The translations under genes were made by a program, and so were the position numbers. This document shows positions 21,989-30,921 of a DNA stretch of 64,000 nt, one piece after another. The notes below the pieces were generated by a model, which saw only the letters and a program-made list of their open reading frames with translations, made no database searches and was not told where the DNA came from. Position 1 is the stretch's first letter. Every line of letters starts with the position of its first letter. This DNA comes from Alphaproteobacteria bacterium (GTDB lineage: Bacteria > Pseudomonadota > Alphaproteobacteria > JAUXUR01), in contig JAUXUR010000007.1 of the NCBI GenBank assembly GCA_030680745.1, forward strand, positions 3,159 through 67,158. Reading direction: 5' to 3'.

Positions 21989-22664
21989 AATGCTTCCAAC
22001 CCTTTGTTAAAGATCATTTAAAACTATCGCGTTACATGCTGCATAGATTAGTAAAATGAGTTAAAACCTGCACACCCTACGCTTGTTTTTTTCGCCCGCA
22101 GAATCCATAAATTTTTTAAGAATCCCAACTTTTCCATCGTTGCGCGTTTCCTCCACCTAAAAGGATCGGCTTAAAAAAAATAACAACTACCATCCGTCAT
22201 AAATGGGCACGGATATAAGTGTCAAGAAAAAAGTTACATAAAAGTAGTTATTAGAAAGAAGCTGTCATGTATCCAGCATCTAGGCGTCTTAATGGTTTAA
22301 GCATTCTGTTTATCCTGGAGTCAGGCTATCACATATGATGAGACTTTTGTAGCATTTTCAACTTATTTCACTATATACCCAAATGATTTGGAAATGCCGA
22401 TTTTTAGGCATGAGATTTGAGGTGATTTTTGATGCCGAAAATTTCGACAGATAATTGTTTTACCTTAGAGATTTTTGGTTCAAAAAGCGACCAAAGGTCA
22501 TCGACTAAAAACGGTAGTTTCAGATTATTTGGGTATATAATCTTAGACCTAGAAAAAATCTTTCTTGGCTTTCTCCGCATGAAGATTTCCTTAAAAATTT
22601 AAACCGTGCTGCACTTTAAACTTGAATGCGGTATTACCATCTCAAAAGAAAATGGTTGCTTAAT

Positions 22665-23330
22665 TTAATTCAAATCACCTAGATCCATACTAAAATATTT
22701 TTCATATGATGCAATTTTATATTCAGAAAAATAATTTAAATCTTCATCAAATCCAAGACGCATCAAAATCAAATTAATAATAAATTTATCATCTTGCATA
22801 CCCAATGTAACGATTTTATCGACACATACATTTTTCGCAACATCTCTAACATAACTAAATGTTTTTTTTATACAATTAAGATATTTTTTATACTTATTAT
22901 ACAATCCAAATACTCTTAAATGCCATATCACTTTATTATCGCACGTTACAACCCCTTCAATAAATAAAGATCCAATAATCTTTAATGTTTGAATGTCTTT
23001 TAAAACAATCAAAAAACCTACTTGCGTTTCCATTTTATTTTTTAAAATAGCAAATTGCTCATTTTTCACTTGAGATTGTAATTCATTTAAATTCTTACCC
23101 GAAACTTCTTTTTCAATATCAACAAGTTCTTTTTTATAAAATTCAAGCGTATAATCAATAGCTTCATGATTATTGGAAAGTTCCATTATCCAACTAAGTG
23201 AATCCTCACTTATTTGACACATTTTCTCTAAAAAAGGCTTTATATTCGCTTGAACATTAAAGTTGGACAATAAAATAAAAAAACTCACTAGAATAAAACG
23301 CATTTTTTCCTCCCAATTTATTTTATGCAT
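22665..23330 (-). CDS. Secreted hypothetical protein
   Basis: Signal peptide MRFILVSFFILLSNFNVQA inside the ORF; no domain recognised. Confidence 0.45.
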   Translation of the reverse strand: MHKINWEEKMRFILVSFFILLSNFNVQANIKPFLEKMCQISEDSLSWIMELSNNHEAIDYTLEFYKKELVDIEKEVSGKNLNELQSQVKNEQFAILKNKMETQVGFLIVLKDIQTLKIIGSLFIEGVVTCDNKVIWHLRVFGLYNKYKKYLNCIKKTFSYVRDVAKNVCVDKIVTLGMQDDKFIINLILMRLGFDEDLNYFSEYKIASYEKYFSMDLGDLN

Positions 23331-23373
23331 TCATTCTAGCTGAAAACTATCATTTCAACAATGTAAGCTAAAT

Positions 23374-24585
23374 TCATGAAAATATATTAATCACCTCACA
23401 TACAATAATCGCAATTCCAGCAGTTGCTGCTAAAAACCTCAATCCCATAAAACGTAAAATGGGATAATGATAATCTTTATGCTTCATTTTAGATTTTCGA
23501 AGCAAATACAACGGAAGCAAAATTGCCATAATAACCAATATCAGCCCTGCAAAACTTAGCGCTTTGATAAAAGCTTCTGGTATTAAAAACACAAGAATCA
23601 AAGGTGGTGCAAACGTAGCACAAATAGATCCCAATGTTTGGGCATGAGGATGTTTAATTTTGCTGGAAAGATGCATCAACCAAGAATCTTTTAAGCCTAA
23701 CCCAACACCTATAACGGACGTTAAAATAGCTAAAAGTGAAGTGATTGTTGAAAAAATATGAATTGTTTCAGTCCCAGCTGATTGAGAAAGCGCCAAAATC
23801 ATATCACCTAATTGTGCTTTACCCTGAAGCATCTGTTGGAAATAATCAGCATTTTTTGCGAATAGTACACCTAATACGCAAAAAACCAACAAAATATAGA
23901 CGATAGTTGGAATAAAACTACCCCAGAAAAAAACACGCTTTAACACGATCTTGTCATTGTTGCAATAAGCCGTTAAGGAATGAAAAACGACATGAAAGCC
24001 GAAAGAAGTAAAAACAATGGGTAAAGCAACACGCCAAGATAACAAACTAAGATTAGAGGACGTTGTCGGCAAATTATTGAAATCAATAATGCCTAAAAGT
24101 GCAATAAGCAAAATAATAAAGCTAACGATCAACCCAAAAAACATAATTCTGTTTGTATAATCAACCCATTTTGTTGCAAAAATAAAAAGAAGAACAAGAA
24201 AAGTTGTAAAGGCAATAATAATTGGCGTTAAAGTTACTTCTATATTGAAAAAGCTAAGCAATATTTTTTGAATGACAGAAGCGCCTCCATCAATATAAGC
24301 TGCAAGAAGCGCATATGTTAAGATTTTGAGCGATAAAAATCCTATAGTTTCAGCCACAGGACCTGAAAATTTGCGTCCTAATTGTGAAATTGTAAGACCT
24401 TTTCCTGCATCAAGATTCAGCTCTAGATTTACGAGTGATAGATAATACATCAACCCCCAGGTCGCGAGCATCAGAAGAATTGTGTAGATAATACCAAAAT
24501 TAGCCAATACTAACGGTAATGCAAGCATACCAGCACCAATGGCAGTACCGGCGACGATGAAAATTGAGCCTAGTTGACGTTGCAT
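23374..24585 (-). CDS. Aromatic amino acid permease (HAAAP family, TyrP/Mtr-like), paralog A
   Basis: MQRQLGSIFIVAGTAIGAGMLALPL with ~11 TM helices; paralogous to 24791..26002. Confidence 0.8.
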   Translation of the reverse strand: MQRQLGSIFIVAGTAIGAGMLALPLVLANFGIIYTILLMLATWGLMYYLSLVNLELNLDAGKGLTISQLGRKFSGPVAETIGFLSLKILTYALLAAYIDGGASVIQKILLSFFNIEVTLTPIIIAFTTFLVLLFIFATKWVDYTNRIMFFGLIVSFIILLIALLGIIDFNNLPTTSSNLSLLSWRVALPIVFTSFGFHVVFHSLTAYCNNDKIVLKRVFFWGSFIPTIVYILLVFCVLGVLFAKNADYFQQMLQGKAQLGDMILALSQSAGTETIHIFSTITSLLAILTSVIGVGLGLKDSWLMHLSSKIKHPHAQTLGSICATFAPPLILVFLIPEAFIKALSFAGLILVIMAILLPLYLLRKSKMKHKDYHYPILRFMGLRFLAATAGIAIIVCEVINIFS

Positions 24586-24647
24586 TTAAAAATTCCTTAA
24601 TTTTAAAACTCTGTTAAATCGATAATGAGAATTGTAACTTCCCAGTT

Positions 24648-24800
24648 TGTTTTGAATTAACCACCCAGATTATGTGGCAAAGTCTAGAAAGGACAAGACC
24701 CGGAACGGAATGTACTTCGTCGTACATGAGTACCGCCAGTTTCTTTTTCTGAGTAGTCCTGACGACGAATTTGACCATAGGGTGGGTGGTTTATTGCAAA
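24648..24800. repeat. Inverted-repeat element between the two permease paralogs
   Basis: Termini ttaaccacccagat and catagggtgggtggttt are inverse complements. Confidence 0.6.
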
Positions 24801-26002
24801 AGATTTAATATTTCGCATATAATAACAATAACACCAACACTCAACGCAATGAATTGCAATGATTTATATTGTAGAATCGGGTAATGATAATGTTCATTTT
24901 TTGCTTTTGCTTTGCGTAATAAATACAATGGCAAAAGAACTGCAAGAATAGCCGATATCATGCCTCCAAAACTAAGCGCTTTAATAAAAGCATTTTGGAC
25001 GAATAAAACAACCAATAAAGACGGCACAAAAGTAATAAGCACCGAGGTAAAAGAATGTGTTGCAGGATGTTTTATTTTTTTTATAAGAATAATTTTCCAA
25101 GAATCCTTCAAACCCAATCCAACACCAATAATAGATGTGAAAATTGCAAGTAATGATGTAATGGTTGAAAATAAATGAATCGAAGTTGCATTTGAAATAT
25201 GACTCAATGAAAGAATAACGTCGCCGATAGCGGCCTTCCCCATGAGAATTTGTTGGAAAACAATAGGATCTTCAACATATAAAACACCTAAAACGCAAAT
25301 GGTCCACAATATATAAACAAAAGTAGGAATAAGACTTCCCCACAAAAAGACGCGTTTTAATTGGACTTTATCATTTTTACAATAAGTTGTTAATGAATGG
25401 ATGACCATTTGATACCCAAAAGAGGTAAATACAACTGGTAATGCAATGCGCCATGCATCAAAATTGAGCTCAATTGGTGAAATAGGGAGTTTAACTAAAT
25501 CAATTTTTGTTAAAAGCCCTATAATGAGCAAACAAAAAGATACGATCAAAGCTAAAAATAAAAGTCTATTTACGTAATCAATCCATCTTGTTGTAAATAA
25601 AAACAATAAGATAAGGACTGACGCAAAGAAAATAATAATTAATTGAATATCATATTGAGTGTCAGTAAACGTCAACAACAATTTTTGAATGATGGATGCA
25701 CCACCATCAATGTAAGCAGCTAATAATGAAAATGTCAGAACTTTTAAGCAAATAAGCGCAATGGATTGTGCCACAGGACCTGAAAATCTTTTGCCCAATT
25801 GGATTAAGGTCAGTCCATGCCCCTCTTGCAAGTTTAATTCAACAACGACAAGAGATACATAATACATAATAGACCATATACCAAACATGATTAAGATCGT
25901 GAGGGGTAACCCGAATTGACCAAGAACAAGTGGTAAAGCGAGCATACCAGCACCAATTGCTGTGCCTGCTACAATAAAAATAGAGCCAATTTGACGTTGC
26001 AT
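24791..26002 (-). CDS. Aromatic amino acid permease (HAAAP family), paralog B
   Basis: MQRQIGSIFIVAGTAIGAGMLALPL. Confidence 0.8.
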   Translation of the reverse strand: MQRQIGSIFIVAGTAIGAGMLALPLVLGQFGLPLTILIMFGIWSIMYYVSLVVVELNLQEGHGLTLIQLGKRFSGPVAQSIALICLKVLTFSLLAAYIDGGASIIQKLLLTFTDTQYDIQLIIIFFASVLILLFLFTTRWIDYVNRLLFLALIVSFCLLIIGLLTKIDLVKLPISPIELNFDAWRIALPVVFTSFGYQMVIHSLTTYCKNDKVQLKRVFLWGSLIPTFVYILWTICVLGVLYVEDPIVFQQILMGKAAIGDVILSLSHISNATSIHLFSTITSLLAIFTSIIGVGLGLKDSWKIILIKKIKHPATHSFTSVLITFVPSLLVVLFVQNAFIKALSFGGMISAILAVLLPLYLLRKAKAKNEHYHYPILQYKSLQFIALSVGVIVIICEILNLLQ

Positions 26003-26386
26003 GATAAAATTCCAATATTTTTAAGCTAATGATAAAGAAAGTGATACGTAATTTATTGCTAGATCAATATCGGAATCGATAAATTTTATGAATGGGTATA
26101 AAGAGGGAGAGAAAAGAATGAGAAAAATATACAGATTTTAAATTTAAATCATTATTATGTATTCGGTTGGATTTCATTTTCATGTCCAATAGATATGTTG
26201 ATACGCGTGTTGTCTATGCCTTCAAAAATTTTAAATCGTTTAAAATCATAATAATAGGAAAACATTTTTTTCTCCAGTTGTGAACAGTGACTAAATTTAA
26301 ATTTTCAACCAATTCATCCACTAAGTCAACGATAAAAATCTTTTTCTAATCACTGTTTTGCAAAGAAAACATACACTGCAAATAGA

Positions 26387-26752
<366 letters not shown>

Positions 26753-26805
26753 TTAGGTTAAACTAACATTAAGGTTTCATAAATATAAGTACTAAAGAAA
26801 TAAAA

Positions 26806-28026
26806 ATGATCATCAGAATTATAACAACACTTTTTATTCTTTCTCTTACACCAAATGTTTTTGCATCTCAATTTGCCTCCATTGCCATTGATGCTGAGTC
26901 AGGTAAAATTAAACATGCAATGAATTCAGATAAGGCCCATTCTCCAGCATCGCTTACAAAAATGATGACTATATATCTTCTTTTTGAAGCACTTGAAAAA
27001 GGAAAATATAGTCTATCATCCTTATTATCTGTTTCAAAACATGCTTCTATTCAACCACCTACAAAAATTCATGTTAAGCCCGGTGACAAGATTACTGTTC
27101 AGCATGCAATTGAAGCATTAGCCACAAAATCAGCCAATGATGTGGCTGTTGTTATTGCAGAAGCCTTGGCAGAAAATGAAGGCGCTTTTGCGCAAAAAAT
27201 GACTCAAAAAGCAAAATCCCTCGGCATGACAAATACAAAATTTTACAATGCATCAGGATTACCACATCCATATCAAAAAACAACTGCACGGGATATAGCA
27301 ACACTTGGCCTCGCTTTAATGCATCATTTCCCAAAATATTATACTTTTTTTGCTACAAAGTTTTTTAATTATAAAGGGCGCTCCTACCCTAATCACAATA
27401 AGCTTCTTTTTTCCTATAAAGGATGTACGGGCCTTAAAACTGGCTATACGCGCGCTTCAGGCTTTAATCTTGCGGCTTCAGCTTTTCGTGACAACAAAAA
27501 TGTCATTGCAGTTGTATTAGGCGAAAAATCCCCGGGCGCACGTAATCTGAAAATGACTAGAATTTTAAACGCCTGCTTTAATGAAAACAATAACAATCAA
27601 TCAGCGCCTGCTAAGTTTATGTTAGCGTCTCAAAAATTAGATGAACCTATAAACCAAGACAAATCATCTTCTTGTGTTCAAATGAATCTAAATAAAAAAC
27701 CACAAACCCTTTTAAAACCACAGAATTTAATGAAAGATATAAAAAAACTTACGCCATTAACAATGCAGAAAACGCCACTATCTAATAATATTACACTTCA
27801 AGTCGGCGCATATAAGACACCTCAAGCTGCAAGACGCGCAGGCGAAAAGGCAATAAAAGCTAATAAAGGCATCTTATTTGCTAAAAATGTATTCATTTCG
27901 CCCTATACAGTGAATGGTAAAAAATTATATCGCGCTCAAATTAAAAATGTTCCCCAAAGTAAGTCAGGCAAAATTTGCAAAGGTATTAAAAACCAAAAGC
28001 TTCCTTGCATAGAAGTCGCAATATAA
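26806..28026 (+). CDS. dacA: D-alanyl-D-alanine carboxypeptidase (peptidase S11) with a C-terminal SPOR domain
   Basis: Signal peptide; SxxK motif PASLTKMMT; SGLPH (SxN-like) motif; C-terminal ITLQVGAYKTPQAARRAGEKA SPOR-like segment. The gene symbol is tentative. Confidence 0.85.
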   Translation: MIIRIITTLFILSLTPNVFASQFASIAIDAESGKIKHAMNSDKAHSPASLTKMMTIYLLFEALEKGKYSLSSLLSVSKHASIQPPTKIHVKPGDKITVQHAIEALATKSANDVAVVIAEALAENEGAFAQKMTQKAKSLGMTNTKFYNASGLPHPYQKTTARDIATLGLALMHHFPKYYTFFATKFFNYKGRSYPNHNKLLFSYKGCTGLKTGYTRASGFNLAASAFRDNKNVIAVVLGEKSPGARNLKMTRILNACFNENNNNQSAPAKFMLASQKLDEPINQDKSSSCVQMNLNKKPQTLLKPQNLMKDIKKLTPLTMQKTPLSNNITLQVGAYKTPQAARRAGEKAIKANKGILFAKNVFISPYTVNGKKLYRAQIKNVPQSKSGKICKGIKNQKLPCIEVAI

Positions 28027-28189
28027 TTTTCTGAATCAAAAAAAAATTCAATTCAACTTAAAGAAGGTTGAAAAATTATAATTATAATGATTCAATAAAA
28101 TAATATGTTATTGAACCTTATACGATAAGTTTCCACATAAGAAATATGATTCTTATTCACCCAGCTATAAAATATAGGGACCGATCAAA

Positions 28190-28942
28190 ATGATTAAAAT
28201 TTTTACAACTTTTAACCTTATACCTTTTATAGTCTCTACTTGCTTTGCTATAAATTGCGTGACCCCTGAAAAAGAAAAACTAAAACTATGTTCGACCGCC
28301 GATTGGCCACCTTACGAATTTACCGATCCAGCAACAAAAAAAGTTGTAGGTAGTTCTGTCAATATTATCAAAAAAATAGCTGACAAATTAAATCTTGATT
28401 TAGAAACCTCATCACTTCCTTGGGAAAGATGCCTTCAAATGAATCAACAAGGTGAAATCGATGGCATTTTTTCTGTTTCAAAAACACCTGATCGTGAACA
28501 ATATTTAATTTATCCTCAAAACAACATCCAAAATGTTAGCTATGTTTTTGCAACGATCAGAGGCTCAAACATTGCTTGGGATGAGTCAAAAAATGTCAGT
28601 GCCATTCCACAACCAATAGGTGCACCTCAAGGGTATTCTGTAACAAAAACTTTAAAGGAAATGAAAAATATTAAAGTTGATGATTCAGCTCAAAGTGATG
28701 AGATCAATCTTAATAAATTACTTCTTGGTCGTGTAGGAAGCATTATTCTAGGACCACAAGCACTTGACCTACTTCTAAAAGAAAAGAAAGTTTCTGATAA
28801 AATTCAGCAACTTAATCCCCCTTTCGTTGATTCAAAAAAATATTATATTGCAATAAGTAAAAAATATAAAAATGATGAAAATAAAGCAAATGAACTGGTG
28901 CAAAGGATTGACGCAGCCATAAAAGATGAACCGTGTCCATAA
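28190..28942 (+). CDS. Solute-binding protein family 3-like (amino-acid ABC-type substrate-binding domain), orphan
   Basis: LKLCSTADWPPYEF...WERCLQMNQQGEIDGIF...TPDREQYL pattern; no adjacent permease or ATPase gene. Confidence 0.55.
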   Translation: MIKIFTTFNLIPFIVSTCFAINCVTPEKEKLKLCSTADWPPYEFTDPATKKVVGSSVNIIKKIADKLNLDLETSSLPWERCLQMNQQGEIDGIFSVSKTPDREQYLIYPQNNIQNVSYVFATIRGSNIAWDESKNVSAIPQPIGAPQGYSVTKTLKEMKNIKVDDSAQSDEINLNKLLLGRVGSIILGPQALDLLLKEKKVSDKIQQLNPPFVDSKKYYIAISKKYKNDENKANELVQRIDAAIKDEPCP

Positions 28943-29774
28943 ACTATCAACCAACATGCTAACCTTTATTGGATATGGTTTTCCACTTGCAATGGGTTTT
29001 ATTCTAGGGCTCATTGGCGCTGGTGGGTCTATCCTTACCATCCCAATCCTTGTCTATTTTTTTGATATAAAACCAATTATAGCAACAAGCTACTCACTGA
29101 TAATCGTTGGTATTGCAGCCTTAGTTGGCGCCATTCGTTATTGGCAACATAAACAAGTAAACATTCACGCAGCCATTATATTTGCTATTCCTGCAATGTT
29201 AACGATCTTCATTACACGCACTTACTTAGTGCATTATCTTCCAGATCCATTTTTGACAATTCACAACCTAACAATCTCTAACGATTTATTTATTATGCTT
29301 CTTTTTGCAAGTTTGATGATTCTTGCTTCCATTTTTATGCTCAAACCACATAAAATAGTATTAATTTCTGCTACAAAAACAACGCATTATAAAAAAATAA
29401 TTAGATTCATTAATTTAATTATTTGTAGTTCAGGCATAGGATTTTTAAGTGGTCTTATCGGTACTGGTGGAGGTTTCCTGATTATTCCTACACTTATTGG
29501 TATATTTAAACTAAACGTCAAAGAAGCAATTGGCACATCACTTACTATTATTGCGTTTAATTCACTTATTGGGTTCAGTGGAGACCTAATCGTAGGAATT
29601 GACCTAAATTGGACATTGATCGCAGTCTTTTTATCATTTACGCTTTTAGGTATCTGGATTGGCACTTCAATGGGCAAAGGCATAAAAGCTGAAAATCTCA
29701 AAAAATCATTCGGATATTTTACGTTAGTAATCGCAATTTATGTTATCACAAAAGAATTGTACACATTATTATAG
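28926..29774 (+). CDS. TauE/SafE (TSUP) family sulfite/anion exporter
   Basis: Duplicated GAGGSILTIPILVYFF and GTGGGFLIIPTLI motifs; 8 TM. Confidence 0.8.
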   Translation: MNRVHKLSTNMLTFIGYGFPLAMGFILGLIGAGGSILTIPILVYFFDIKPIIATSYSLIIVGIAALVGAIRYWQHKQVNIHAAIIFAIPAMLTIFITRTYLVHYLPDPFLTIHNLTISNDLFIMLLFASLMILASIFMLKPHKIVLISATKTTHYKKIIRFINLIICSSGIGFLSGLIGTGGGFLIIPTLIGIFKLNVKEAIGTSLTIIAFNSLIGFSGDLIVGIDLNWTLIAVFLSFTLLGIWIGTSMGKGIKAENLKKSFGYFTLVIAIYVITKELYTLL

Positions 29775-29875
29775 TCAATAGACTTGAGAAGTTGACAAGG
29801 AACAACGAGCGAAGTGTATCCTTATATACATTAAGGCGTGACTATGTATCCTTCCAATGTCTATCGACTATAGTT
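29770..29875. repeat. MITE-like element (~105 bp); inverted copy at 47582..47695
   Basis: atagtcaatagacttgagaagttgacaaggaacaacgagcgaagtgtatcc...gtctatcgactatag, with terminal inverted repeats. Confidence 0.8.
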
Positions 29876-29895
29876 GTTATGAGCTGGAGGATTTA

Positions 29896-30756
29896 ATGAA
29901 TATTCAAGCCTTTTTTGATAAAAACACATCAACTATTACCTATGTTGTTAGTGATGAAACAACGCATAAATGCGCTATTATTGATCCCGTCTTAGATTAC
30001 GATCCTCTGCTTGGTAAAATCACAACAAATTCTGCAGACATATTAATAGAGTATATAAAATCCAATGCATTATACGTTGAATGGATTCTTGAAACACATA
30101 TCCATGCTGATCATCTAACAGCTGCACATTACTTAAAAGTAAAACTTGGTGGTAAAATTGCGATTGGCGCAAACATTACAGAAATTCTTAAATTTTGGAT
30201 CCCTATTTTTAATACATCCCAAGATACACCTTTAGATGGTTCACAATTCGATTATTTATTTAAGGATAATGAGCATTTTTCAATTGGGTCTTTAGACGTA
30301 AAAATTATGTATACGCCCGGTCATACCCCCGCTTGTATAAGTTATCTTATTAATGATGCTATCTTCGTGGGCGACACGATTTTCATGCCACATATGGGCA
30401 CAGGTCGCACTGATTTTCCTGGAGGCAGTGCTGAAATACTTTATGATTCAATTCAGAAAATACTACAATTACCGCCAGAAACCAGAATTTTTACGTGCCA
30501 CGATTGTCCTGCTGAAGGTACTTCGGCATTGTATGAAAGCACTGTAAAAGAAGAGAAAAAATCAAATATATTGATTAACGACGCCATCACTAAAGAAGAA
30601 TATATTGAAAAACGTCGCAAACGCGACCAAAGCATCACTGTACCACGTTTATTATTACCAGCGATTCAAGTCAATATGCGCGCCGGATATCTAGGTAAAG
30701 CTGAAAGTAATGAAATGCAATATATAAAAATTCCGATTAATAAGATTGGGGTTTGA
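29896..30756 (+). CDS. MBL-fold metallo-hydrolase (glyoxalase II / persulfide dioxygenase-like)
   Basis: THIHADH metal-binding motif; PGHTPACISY; strong GGAGGA RBS before MNIQAFF. Confidence 0.75.
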   Translation: MNIQAFFDKNTSTITYVVSDETTHKCAIIDPVLDYDPLLGKITTNSADILIEYIKSNALYVEWILETHIHADHLTAAHYLKVKLGGKIAIGANITEILKFWIPIFNTSQDTPLDGSQFDYLFKDNEHFSIGSLDVKIMYTPGHTPACISYLINDAIFVGDTIFMPHMGTGRTDFPGGSAEILYDSIQKILQLPPETRIFTCHDCPAEGTSALYESTVKEEKKSNILINDAITKEEYIEKRRKRDQSITVPRLLLPAIQVNMRAGYLGKAESNEMQYIKIPINKIGV

Positions 30757-30921
30757 TAAATATTAATCAACGAGACAAAAATTTAATTTTAAACAAACCT
30801 ACAAATAACAGAAAATCTGATATACCCCTAAAAAATAAAATATAAAATTTATTGATTTAAGTGATTGAATATAATATTATCTCGTTATTATATATATATA
30901 TATTAAATAAGGGTTTTTATT

